DNA of 64,000 bases from an uncultured bacterium. GTDB taxonomy: Bacteria; Chloroflexota; UBA5177; JANWHV01. Shown one piece after another: positions 39,581 through 49,043 of this stretch (position 1 is its first letter; every line of letters begins with the position of its first letter). The stretch is taken from positions 704,001 through 768,000 of the forward strand of contig CAVSOU010000008.1 in NCBI GenBank assembly GCA_963729625.1. The letters are read 5' to 3'. Position numbers and translations under genes: made by a program. The notes beneath the pieces are model-generated. The model saw nothing but the letters and a program-made list of their open reading frames with translations, was not told the DNA's origin and ran no database searches.

Positions 39581-40615
39581 GTGAGCACAGCCACGATCAA
39601 GTACGGTCCGATCATTATTCATTGGTATGGTATCGTCGTCGCGCTGGCGATCGTGACCGGCTTTGCTGTATCGGCGGTTGTGGCCAGGCTGCGCGGCCAG
39701 CGTGTGGAACCCCTGGCTGGAATCATGTTCCTTACCGTGCTATCGGGTCTGATCGGGGCGCGAGTCTGGTACTACATGTTCAGAAGGCCCTGGTACAGCC
39801 CGGATCCCGGTCGAATCTTTGCGGTCTGGCAGGGTGGCATGGCCTTGCACGGCGCGCTGCTCGGCGGTATCCTTGCTCTCCTAGTCTTCACGTGGAACAG
39901 GGAGCTCGATTTCTGGCAGTGGGCCGACATTTGTGCCCCCGGAGCGATCCTGGCGCAAGCGATCGGACGCGTTGGCGACATTCTCAACCAGCAGGCCTTC
40001 GGACCGCCAACCTCTGGGCGGCTCTTCGTCACTATCCCGCTCGAAAACCGTCCTCCGCAGTACGCTGCGTACGCGCATTTCACCCCCACGGCGCTCTACG
40101 AATGCGTGTGGGACCTGGTCGTTTTCGCCGTGGTGATCGGGCTTCTGACCCTCCAACATTGGCGTCCGCGACTGCTTCCGATAGGAAGTGTCTTTCTGGC
40201 TTACCTGGTGCTCTATTCGCTTGGCCGCATTCCTCTCGAGGGCCTGCGCGTCGACAGCCTCTGGCTGGGTAGCTTCAGGGCAGCGCAGGTCGCCAGCGGC
40301 TTGACCATCGCGGCGGGCATTGCGCTCTACAGTACTAGGCTTACCCAGCGATTCGAGATGGCAATCGCTCCCGCGCCGATCAGGCCGGGCCTGGTCAGCG
40401 ACGCCTATCTGCTGGCTGCGACGCGTAGCAGCCAGCTGCGTCTGGGGCATGATCCCCTCGAGTGGGATGACCTGGATAATGACGACGACGACGACGACGT
40501 AGGCCAGCCGGCGCGGAACGGCAGTGGGACGTTCGTTCCCTCGACTCTGCAGCCGGCAGTTGCCTCGCTGGAGGAAACAGTGATTTCGTCCCAGCCGGCG
40601 GAGGATGCATCGTGA
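39581..40615 (+). CDS. lgt: Prolipoprotein diacylglyceryl transferase (divergent) with acidic C-terminal tail
   Basis: IHWYG, IGARVWY, WQGGMALHG, AQAIGR, LYE, GRIPLEGLRVD. Confidence 0.85.
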   Translation: MSTATIKYGPIIIHWYGIVVALAIVTGFAVSAVVARLRGQRVEPLAGIMFLTVLSGLIGARVWYYMFRRPWYSPDPGRIFAVWQGGMALHGALLGGILALLVFTWNRELDFWQWADICAPGAILAQAIGRVGDILNQQAFGPPTSGRLFVTIPLENRPPQYAAYAHFTPTALYECVWDLVVFAVVIGLLTLQHWRPRLLPIGSVFLAYLVLYSLGRIPLEGLRVDSLWLGSFRAAQVASGLTIAAGIALYSTRLTQRFEMAIAPAPIRPGLVSDAYLLAATRSSQLRLGHDPLEWDDLDNDDDDDDVGQPARNGSGTFVPSTLQPAVASLEETVISSQPAEDAS

Positions 40616-41391
40616 TGCGACTCACGATTCTGGGTGCGAGCCCTGCATGCCAGAATCCTGGGGGCGCTTGCTCGGGTTATCTCGTGGAGCAGGACGACAC
40701 GGCTATACTCGTCGAATGTGGGAGCGGTGTCTTCTCTCGGTTACAGCAGTACGTGAAGCCGGAGAAGGTCAGCGCGATCCTGATTTCCCACATGCATGCA
40801 GATCATACGCTCGACCTCATGCAGTATCGGTACTACCTGTACTTTTCTACTTCACGGTACCCGGGCGTCGGCCGCCCTGCTCTCTACTTTCCGCCCGAGG
40901 GACATGAAAGAATGCTGGGCGTGAGCAGGTTGCAGGACTTGTCCGCGACATTCTTCAGCGACTTCTTCGATACGCGCGAATACGAACCCGACCGCGTGCT
41001 GAGGATCGGACCGCTATCGGTGGAATTCGTGCCGGTCTCGCACGTCACGCACAGCTACGGCATGCGCATCAGTGGAGACGGGCTGCTGGCATTCTCCGGC
41101 GACACCGGCTTGTGCGATAGCCTGCCTGAACTGGCTCGCGACAGTGACATCTTCCTCTGCGAATGTTCAAACACAGAGAATTCGGCCTATCCATTCCATC
41201 TCACGCCGCGTCAGGCCGGCATCGTGGCACAGGAGGCCAGCACCAGGCAGCTCGTGCTGACGCACCGCTGGGCGGTCGACGGCCAGGACAGCGCCGCTGT
41301 CGAAGCCGGCGCGTCCTTCCATGGACCGGTTGCAATCGCGCGGGAAGACATGCAGTTCTCTATCGGCGTAAGCTCTGCTGTCGTATCGTAA
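40612..41391 (+). CDS. MBL-fold hydrolase (RNase BN/Z-like)
   Basis: GGACSGYLV, SHMHADH, SGDT, HLTP, LTH. Confidence 0.9.
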   Translation: MMRLTILGASPACQNPGGACSGYLVEQDDTAILVECGSGVFSRLQQYVKPEKVSAILISHMHADHTLDLMQYRYYLYFSTSRYPGVGRPALYFPPEGHERMLGVSRLQDLSATFFSDFFDTREYEPDRVLRIGPLSVEFVPVSHVTHSYGMRISGDGLLAFSGDTGLCDSLPELARDSDIFLCECSNTENSAYPFHLTPRQAGIVAQEASTRQLVLTHRWAVDGQDSAAVEAGASFHGPVAIAREDMQFSIGVSSAVVS

Positions 41392-42289
41392 GCCAGATCC
41401 CGGCGAGAATGACTAAACCGCCGGCTACGGTCGATAGCGCCAGCTTCTGGCCCAGTACAACCCAGGCTAGAAGCGAGGCGCCGACGGGCTCGCCAAGGAA
41501 ACTGACGGAGACAACGGTAGCCGTCAAGTACTTGAGCGTCCAGTTGTAGAGGAGGTGGCCGCCAAGGGTTGGGACGATCGCCAAGCCCAGAAAGATCAGC
41601 ATATCGCGTCCGCCGGCAGCTGTGAGCGACTGCCCAAAAGCCAGGGAGCACGGAATGAGGAATAGCGTGCACACGGCATAGACCGGCACGCTGTAGGCAA
41701 TGGTCTCCATGTTTCGGCGCGCGCCACGTCCAATCACCAGGTATCCCGCAAACACCACGGCGCCGGCGAAGGCGAGGAGGTCGCCGCGTATGGCATCTTC
41801 CCCGAGCCGCAGGTCGCCGCCAGCGACGACTGCGCTGCCCAAGAGGGTGAGCGCGATGCCAGCGAGTGCCAGACGAGTCGTGCGCTCGCCAAATACTGTG
41901 AAGGCCGCAATTGCCACGAGGACAGGATGAACGGAGACAAACAACACGGAGCTGGCAACCGAGGTGTTCTGGAGCGAGACCGTCCAGGTGGCGAAGTGGA
42001 GAGCCAGCAGGATGCCCGAGGCCGCCATCCAGCCCAATGTCACGCGGTCGAGCGCCCGCAACTGAGCGATCCCGCCTGCACGCAGGAAGGGCGCCAGCAG
42101 CAATGCAACCGTGATGGCCATCCGATACGTCGCAATGACCAGCGGCGGAGACGTACTTTCCTTGATCATGGTGGCCGAGCATGAGACAGCCAGGGTTGCG
42201 ATGAGGAGGCCAAGATAGGGGCTGAACGCGGGCGGGAATGAATCTGCCGTCGATGTCTGGTCCGTATTAGCTGAAGTGGAGATCGACAT
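41360..42289 (-). CDS. DMT/EamA family transporter
   Basis: About 10 TMs; LALHFATW, TSVASS, GEPVGAS. Confidence 0.92.
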   Translation of the reverse strand: MSISTSANTDQTSTADSFPPAFSPYLGLLIATLAVSCSATMIKESTSPPLVIATYRMAITVALLLAPFLRAGGIAQLRALDRVTLGWMAASGILLALHFATWTVSLQNTSVASSVLFVSVHPVLVAIAAFTVFGERTTRLALAGIALTLLGSAVVAGGDLRLGEDAIRGDLLAFAGAVVFAGYLVIGRGARRNMETIAYSVPVYAVCTLFLIPCSLAFGQSLTAAGGRDMLIFLGLAIVPTLGGHLLYNWTLKYLTATVVSVSFLGEPVGASLLAWVVLGQKLALSTVAGGLVILAGIWLTIRQQSLRR

Positions 42290-42413
42290 GTATCAGTCAG
42301 GCTCCACGTGAACCGGCAACGGTCCAGACTGCACCGCACCGCTGGACCCTGCCCAGTTTCAGACACTCGTGGCGGGCATCGCCCGCAGAGTGCAGGCTGT
42401 TTGGGGGGCACCA

Positions 42414-43118
42414 ATGTCCGAGTCGCGAGTCCAGCGCTTCAACCGCACGCAACGCGCCCTGCACTGGAGTCATTCGATTACTTTCCTCATCCTGCTGGTT
42501 ACCGGCATCATCCTGCTCGTCCGCCAGATCGGCGAACAGGTGGGTCATCACGTGCTGATTCTACAGTTTCATGAATACACGGCGCTGTTCTATATCTTCG
42601 GGCCGCTCCTCTGGGTTGTTGTCGGCGACCGGCGATCGATCGTCCGCGATCTCAAGGAGTTCGACGAGTGGGACGATGACGACATAGCGTGGTTGAAGCA
42701 GTCGATGCGTCGGGGACCGACGTCGAAGAACCTGCCGCTACAGGGACGCTATAATGCCGGCCAAAAACTCAATGGCGTGCTCACGCTGGCAGCCACGCTG
42801 GGATTCATCGTGACCGGCGTGATACTGTGGCGACCGCCTTTCGTGGCGGAGGCGCTGCCATCCTGGGTCTTCAGTGACTCAGTGAGTAACAATGCGGTCT
42901 TCTTGCACCAGCTCCTGCTCTATGTGAGCATTCCCTTGGTGCTGGGCCACATCTACCTGGCCGCGGTTTCTCGCGCGACTCGGCCGTCACTCAGCGCCTT
43001 GATCGACGGCACGGTGCCTCTCGCCTATGCGCGCGCACACCACCCGAAGTGGGTGGCCGAGATTGAAGCGCGCGCAACCCCACGGGCGCCTGCGCAGGAG
43101 ACGCAGCCGGCAGGATAG
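42414..43118 (+). CDS. Cytochrome b, formate dehydrogenase gamma-subunit (FdnI/FdoI) family
   Basis: RFNRTQRALHW, QGRYNAGQK, conserved His in TMs, YARAHHPKW. Confidence 0.88.
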   Translation: MSESRVQRFNRTQRALHWSHSITFLILLVTGIILLVRQIGEQVGHHVLILQFHEYTALFYIFGPLLWVVVGDRRSIVRDLKEFDEWDDDDIAWLKQSMRRGPTSKNLPLQGRYNAGQKLNGVLTLAATLGFIVTGVILWRPPFVAEALPSWVFSDSVSNNAVFLHQLLLYVSIPLVLGHIYLAAVSRATRPSLSALIDGTVPLAYARAHHPKWVAEIEARATPRAPAQETQPAG

Positions 43119-43153
43119 GGATCGGTGGCGACAGACAGGCCTGTCGACCAGGC

Positions 43154-43348
43154 TTACGCCTCGGCGTTCACCGGCACGTCTTCGCGTTCGCGCCGCTCCT
43201 CGAAGTGCGGACAAATGAGCGCGAGATCGCCGGTCCAGATTGTCTGTGCCGTGCCAAAGCCCAGCCCGCAGACGTAACCGTCCTCGGATGCGCTCAGGTT
43301 CTCGCAGCGAAAGCAGTTGCGTGGCTTTTTCTCGTCAAGATACGGCAT
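43154..43348 (-). CDS. Small four-Cys putative metal-binding protein (64 aa)
   Basis: AGGAG RBS; CFRCENL...YVCGL...ICPHF. Confidence 0.7.
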   Translation of the reverse strand: MPYLDEKKPRNCFRCENLSASEDGYVCGLGFGTAQTIWTGDLALICPHFEERREREDVPVNAEA

Positions 43349-43444
43349 GGGCTGTCTCCTATCATCGCATGCATGCAGCAGTGTAGTGTAGCCAGCGTGC
43401 TGGGCAGGCAGCAAGAGCCGCAACTGAATGTGCCGGTGCGCAGG

Positions 43445-44614
43445 GTTCCTCGAAAAAGCTTGATGGCCTCAAGCGGCAGTGGGCTTCGGTGTGGCGATCA
43501 CCTCGTACCCGAGTGCCTGGAGGCGCGCGATGTGCCGGCGTGCGGCTCGTTCTTTGTTCATCGGAGCCACGTAGTCCGGGCCGAGCTCGCGGTAGAACTC
43601 GCCCGTACGTAACACGTGGTGGACCACCAGCAGGAGCCGGTGCGCCACCGCCACCAACGCTTTCTGCTTGCCTTGGCGGACGACGATACGCCTGAACTGC
43701 GCGGCGAAACAGGTGTCCTTCATGCGTATGGCAGACCAGGCGCACTGGCCGAGGATCCGTCGCAGCCAGCGATCGCCAGGGGTCGTCTTGGCGCTGATCG
43801 TGTGGCCTGCGCTCCGCTTGATGCCCGGACACACCCCTGCCCAGCTGGCAAGGTGCTGTGCGGTAGGAAACCGCCCCATGTCGACGCCGATCTCCGCGAT
43901 GATGGTTGCCGCGGCGGTGTCGCTGACGCCGGGAATCGATTCAAGGAGCGTCACCGCGGCGGCGAAAGGGGCGAGCGCCTCCGCAATCGCGCGGTCCATC
44001 TGCCCGATGCTCCGCTCGATCGCCCGGATGTGGTCCAGTTGCACGCGCAGGAGCAGGCGATGATGATCCTTGAGCCGCCCTTCCAGCGCGAGGACCAGGT
44101 CCTCCTTCTTCTTCATCAGGCGGCCGCGAGCCAGTCCGGCGAGTGCCTCCGGATCCTCCTCGCCCGCGACAATCGCCTCGAGCATGTGGCGGCCGCTCAC
44201 GCCGAGCACATTGCTGGCCACGTCGCCCAACTTGATGTTTGCGCTCTCCAGCCCTTTCTGGAGCCGGTGGATCTCGTGTGCCTTCTGCTCTGCTAGCGTC
44301 GTGCGATACCGCGTTAGCTCGCGCAGCGTGCGGATCTGCTCGGGCGGGATGAAGCTCGGCCGCACGAGGCCATGGCGGACAAGCTCGGCCAGCCACTGCG
44401 CGTCGCACACGTCCGTCTTGTGCCCAGGCCGTCCCTTGACATCCTGCGCGTTGGCCAGGGTGATCGGCACCCCGCTTGCCTCTAGCACATTGAAGACGGG
44501 CCACCAATACACGCCGGTGCTCTCCAGCACTACGGCGGTGACCGCCTGCTCCCGCAGCCACCAGCTCAGTTCTTCCAGCTGGCGGGTCATCGTTCCGAAG
44601 GTGCGCGTCTCCAT
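43445..44614 (-). mobile_element. IS110-family transposase, 5'-truncated; right end probably near 43445-43460
   Basis: ESTGVYW, PGHKTDVCDAQWLA, SIPGV...IIAEIG, WAGVCPG...SAG, VAVAHRLL. The N-terminal GxDxH motif is absent. Confidence 0.9.
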
Positions 44615-45688
44615 GAGCACCCTCGTGCTGACCGATGTGGCCACCGGCTGGACGGAGTGTCTGCCGCTGCTGCACCGCACACACGAGGCGGTCCTGCACG
44701 CGCTCGAGCAGGCCCGACGGCTGCTGCCCTTCCCCTTGCTCGGCCTGGACACCGACAACGGCGGCGAGTTCCTCAACTACCCGCTACTCGGCTACTGCGC
44801 CCACGAGCACATCACCTTCACCCGCGGGCGGACCTATCGCAGCAACGACCAGTGCTATGTGGAGCAGAAAAACGGCACCGTTGTCCGCCAGTTGGTGGGC
44901 TACGACCGCTTCGACGGCGAGCTGGCGATAGGCCAGCTCGCCGAGTTGTACCGCGCGGTGCGGCTCTATGTGAACTTCTTCCAGCCCTCGCTCAAGCTGC
45001 AGGTCAAGCGGCGTCAGGAGCAGCACGTCTACCGGCGCTACGACCCCGCACGTACCCCGTTCCAGCGCCTCCTCGCCACGGGCATCCTGGACGCTGGTGC
45101 TGTGACCCGCCTCACGGCGCTCTATAAAGTGCTCGACCCCGCGTACGCTTGCTCCAGCAGGTGACACTGCTCCAGGACGCGCTGTGGCGCCACGCCGTGC
45201 TGCCTCGCGTCGCGGCGCCGGGGCCGACGGCGACGTTCGACGTTGCGGCCTGCGGCACGGCGACACCCGCGCCCGCAGCGGCGGAACGGGCCACGCTGAC
45301 GCTGCGCGGCCGCAAGCGCCTCTATCGCCGGACGCCGAAGTCCCTGGGTCCCCGCACGTATCGCACGCGGGTGGACCCCTTCGCCGGCGCCTGGGAGGAG
45401 ATCGAGCACCTGGTCGCCGCCGCGCCGGAGCGCACGGCGACGAGCATCTTGGCCGAACTGCAGGCGCGCCACCCTGGGCGACATCCCGATGGACAACTGC
45501 GGACCTTGCAGCGAGGCATCAGCGCCCTCCGCGCCAAGGCCCTGCTGGCGTTCAGCGACGGGTGGCTGAACACGGATGCTCCCATGGGGCAGTGCCCGCC
45601 GGCCAGGCTCCACCTCGTGGTTGATACCCTCGAGCAGGACGGCACTGCGGCCAGGGCGCTGCCAGCGCGCACGGCTGCCCCTGCCTGA
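44613..45688 (+). mobile_element. ISNCY-like DDE (integrase-core) transposase, 5'-truncated and frameshifted near 45140
   Basis: TDVATGWTEC, DTDNGGEF, NDQCYVEQKN, LYVNFFQPS, TPFQRLL; second frame RTRVDPF...GQLRTLQR (IstA-like HTH). Confidence 0.85.
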
Positions 45689-45706
45689 CTGTCGCTCTTA
45701 GCATAC

Positions 45707-45753
45707 GTTGGCACCCTGTGCCAACTGATCGTGTACTAAAGGTTGTGCCAACT
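45707..45753. repeat. Inverted plus direct repeat of GTGCCAAC
   Basis: GTTGGCAC-CCT-GTGCCAAC (45707-45725); TGTGCCAACT at 45717 and 45744. Confidence 0.75.
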
Positions 45754-45933
45754 CGTCCTTGAGAACGCCCTGAGCAAGCTGTTCCCCGCCCTCACCTGCC
45801 AGACGAGCACTCCGATCCCGAGGCAGAACAGCGACACCAACCCGACCTGTACCTCTTCGGGCTGCAGCGAGCGCTGCTGGCGATCCGCGCTGTGGCATCA
45901 GCGCGACGACAGCGCGGCCCAATGGGCAGGCGC

Positions 45934-45953
45934 TATAGCAAATCTACTATAAT
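45934..45953 (+). promoter_or_regulatory. TA operon -10 box overlapped by a palindromic operator
   Basis: TATAG-N8-CTATA with TATAAT at 45948-45953; GGGAG RBS; ATG at 45972. Confidence 0.65.
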
Positions 45954-45971
45954 CGGTACAGGGAGACGAGG

Positions 45972-46325
45972 ATGCGGCCACTGGTGTTCGTCGGGTCCTC
46001 TCGCGAGGATGTGCGGGCGTTTCCCGACGCAGTGCGGCGAGATGTGGGTCATGCATTGAACTTTGTACAGGCCGGCTACACACCGGAGACTTCGGCGCCG
46101 CTCCACGGTTTCGGCAGCGGGGTGGCCGAGATCGCCGAAGACGGCGAGGACGGCACGTATCGGGCGGTGTATACGGTCGCCCTGCCCTCGGCCGTCTACG
46201 TATTGCATGCTTTTCAGAAGAAGTCGACGCAGGGGCGCAAGGCGATCCAGCGAGATCAGGCGCTAATCCGTTCACGCCTGGCATGGGCAAAGGCAATCGA
46301 TGCGGACGCGCGTCGGAAGGGATAG
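45972..46325 (+). CDS. Type II toxin, RelE/ParE superfamily (Gp49/HigB-like)
   Basis: FVGSSREDVRAFP, GTYRAVY, VYVLHAFQKKS. Confidence 0.92.
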   Translation: MRPLVFVGSSREDVRAFPDAVRRDVGHALNFVQAGYTPETSAPLHGFGSGVAEIAEDGEDGTYRAVYTVALPSAVYVLHAFQKKSTQGRKAIQRDQALIRSRLAWAKAIDADARRKG

Positions 46326-46329
46326 GACG

Positions 46330-46647
46330 ATGGACCCAGAGATAACGTTCGTGCCGAGCAGCGGCAACGTGTTTGCCGATCTGAACCTGCCGGAGCCGGA
46401 CGAACTCCTCGCCAAGTCTGCCCTGGGCATACGGATATTTGAGGCGATCCGCCAGCGCGGCTGGACCCAGGCGCAGGCCGCAGCGGCCCTGGATATTCCG
46501 CAGCCCACGGTCAGCCTGCTCATGGGAGCCAAGCTTCCCGGCTTTTCTATAGAGCGGCTCTTGCGGCTGCTCTTGCGGCTAGACTGTGACATCGAGATCG
46601 CGGTGCGGCCCAAACGGGAGGACCAGGCGCACGTGCGCGTTGCCTGA
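46330..46647 (+). CDS. XRE-family HTH antitoxin (HigA-like)
   Basis: SSGNVFADL, WTQAQAAAALDIPQPTVS, FSIERL. Confidence 0.92.
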   Translation: MDPEITFVPSSGNVFADLNLPEPDELLAKSALGIRIFEAIRQRGWTQAQAAAALDIPQPTVSLLMGAKLPGFSIERLLRLLLRLDCDIEIAVRPKREDQAHVRVA

Positions 46648-47139
46648 GAACGAACCGGTATAGCGCCGAGTGCCCCACAATTGCGACGAACAAGCGCCGA
46701 TCTGGCAACGTGCCACCCTGCTCGGTGCCGGCCGTTGCCTGCTGGATCGCACTCCCTGCTAGCTGTTGCTTGAGCACCAGCACCGCGCTGAGCCACGTCC
46801 AAGAAGAGGCGTGCGCCAACTCATCCCGTGCCGCCATCGCCACCTCATGCTAAGGGCGACACCGACGTGGCCGCCAACGTGAGAGCGCAGGCGGATAGTG
46901 CGCCAGGGACGCGGTTCCGACGTGCGTGGATTAACGGTGGTAAATCCTGCAGCGGTGACAACCCACCGGCCCTGCCGGGGACGGAACGGCGAGTAGCTGA
47001 GAGAAAGAAACGAGAAGAAAGAACGTGTTGTTGCTTTATCCCTCCCAGTAGTCATTGCGATGTCGCTACCCGGTACGCGGCACTCGTGCCACCACCGGCA
47101 CGCTTGGTTCGTGGCCGAAGCCACAACTCGTCCGTTGCG

Positions 47140-47200
47140 GGTAACATCTTTCGTGAGGCAAGCGGCCCGGGCCGGTTACATTCTCTCGTGAGGCAATACG
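47140..47200 (+). repeat. Imperfect 22-23 bp direct repeat, probable right end of the ISNCY-like element
   Basis: GGTAACATCTTTCGTGAGGCAA (47140-47161) and GGTTACATTCTCTCGTGAGGCAA (47174-47196), followed by TACG. Confidence 0.65.
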
Positions 47201-47312
47201 CCGGCAAGTCTAATGGTCGTTCATCACCGCGTCATGAAGCACCACTCAACCAGCCCTTCCATTGCGAGCAGCGGACTGTGATGGCAAGACCGAAGCCACC
47301 GCCACCATGCTG

Positions 47313-48164
47313 TCAACTCGCTGCGGCGTGTCGGGCTAGCTCCGGCCCGGACGCTTCACTCTTCCGAAGGAAGCACGCCCACATCAACAGCGCGAGAGCC
47401 ACGCCACCGACGATATTGCCTAACGTCACCGGCACCAGGTTACGAAATACGAAGTTCCCCCAACTCAGCGAGCCGGTCTGCACGCCCAGCGCGGCAGCCT
47501 TGGCGGCGTACACCGCATTGGTCTTGGCAAACAGTCCCGCCGCTATGTAGTACATGTTCGCTACGCAGTGCTCAAATCCACATATCACAAAGAACGCTAC
47601 CGGTATGTAGGCCCCTAGTATCTTCCCTCCAGTATCCTTGGCTGATATCGCGCACAACACGCCCATGCAGACAAGCACGTTGCAGAGAATCCCAAGCACA
47701 AAGGCGTTATCAAAGGGAAGTGCACATTTTGCCGCCGCAACTTTTATGGTATAGGCCGCCAGACCGTCGTCTGAATAGTCGAGCTGCCCGAAGCACGCGC
47801 ATCCCGCCGCGAGCGCTCCAGCACCGATAAAGTTACCGATATACACGAAGGACCAGTTCTTGAGCAAACGTGCAATGGATGTCTTCTTTTCAAGCACGGA
47901 GATCACAATCATGCAATCTCCCGTGAACAACTCCGCACCGAGCAGCATCACTATCGCCAGTCCAAAAGGAAACAACAGCCCGCTGATGATGCGCGCGGCG
48001 GATACATTTGCAATACTGTGTGACGCGGTATTCGCTACGGCCGCGCCCATGCCGATCAGGAATCCGGCAGATATCCCCAGCAGCACCATCTTCCAGGCTG
48101 GCTGTGACGCTTTCTCCGCACCGAGCTGCGAGTACTTTCCAGTAATTTCAGACGGGGACAACAT
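47313..48164 (-). CDS. Formate/nitrite transporter (FNT) family channel
   Basis: GAELFTG, GILCNVLVC, GFEHCVANM, VTLGNIVGG; GGAGG RBS; visibly lower GC than flanks. Confidence 0.95.
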   Translation of the reverse strand: MLSPSEITGKYSQLGAEKASQPAWKMVLLGISAGFLIGMGAAVANTASHSIANVSAARIISGLLFPFGLAIVMLLGAELFTGDCMIVISVLEKKTSIARLLKNWSFVYIGNFIGAGALAAGCACFGQLDYSDDGLAAYTIKVAAAKCALPFDNAFVLGILCNVLVCMGVLCAISAKDTGGKILGAYIPVAFFVICGFEHCVANMYYIAAGLFAKTNAVYAAKAAALGVQTGSLSWGNFVFRNLVPVTLGNIVGGVALALLMWACFLRKSEASGPELARHAAAS

Positions 48165-48662
48165 GGTTAACCTGCTACCTCCAGAATGTGTCTTGCCGCT
48201 TCGACCGTATGATCCGCCAACATTGAACTGGTTACAGAGCCTACGCCAGCAGGCGCCTTCGTACTGGCGTCTGCACGTGCCTGCGCCTCGTCAGCACGCA
48301 CATCGCCACAGAGAGCGCCATCCTCACACACAGGACTCCCCGCGTCGATGACAGCCTGACCTCGCGGGGACGAGAGTAACTGCCCGAACTGCACGCTCTA
48401 CCCCCGCTCCTTCACGCTTCCCTAACACATCAGCTTGTACATGCTCGGTTGGTCGCCGGGATGGCGCAACAGGACGATCTCGCCGGCCTCGCCGGTGCAC
48501 GAGCGTGCTGCGGCTGAGCCGCACGCGGCATGTCAGCCGCGAGTATTGACGACAATCGACAGTATACATCACCGTACCTATTGGTACGGCGGCAGCTATG
48601 CTGCCGGCGCCGGTGCCGTCGCAGTTCACGCGCCAAGCGCGTGGCGGACGAGGAGTGGTGCC

Positions 48663-48780
48663 ATGCTGCCGAAAGAGCGTGTGATCGCGGCCCTCCGGTT
48701 CACTCAGCCGGATCGGATTCCCATCGGCGAATCCGCGATCGACTACACCAACGCGGAGCAAGCCCTGGGTCGCCGGGGCT
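48663..48780 (+). pseudogene. N-terminal relic of a uroporphyrinogen-decarboxylase-family protein
   Basis: GAGGAG RBS, then MLPKERVIAALRFTQPDRIPIGE, after which similarity is lost. Confidence 0.5.
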
Positions 48781-48889
48781 CCGGTAAGAAGCAACGCGTG
48801 CCCATGACAAGAGCAGCAAATCCCGGTCGAGCAGCCGTCTGGAGTCGCGCGTGGTGCTCGCACTATCGCGCCAGGTGTCGCGCACGTCA

Positions 48890-48898
48890 TGGTATAAT
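48890..48898 (+). promoter_or_regulatory. Extended -10 element
   Basis: TGGTATAAT about 145 nt upstream of the 49044 gene. Confidence 0.4.
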
Positions 48899-49043
48899 CG
48901 CTGGCGAGTGTCGGCAGCAGTTAGGGCGTACGCAGCCGTGGGGGTATCTTTAACGTAGCTGGATCGAAACCAAGCACAGTTTCGTGCGTCGCCACGTCGA
49001 TGCAGCATCCTGGAATCCATAGCGAAGGGCCCCAACAAGAGTA

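Noticed and set aside
40470-40500. GAC trinucleotide repeat as a contingency locus
   Set aside because: In-frame poly-Asp within the lgt tail; length changes would not shift the frame.
44615-44776. N-terminal extension of the IS110 ORF shown in the ORF track
   Set aside because: It is the antisense of the neighbouring DDE transposase, not IS110 sequence.
48170-48430. Riboswitch (ZTP or THF) upstream of the FNT gene
   Set aside because: Two hairpins are present, but the ZTP 3' CGCCTGGG element and THF core motifs were not found. An Rfam scan would settle it.
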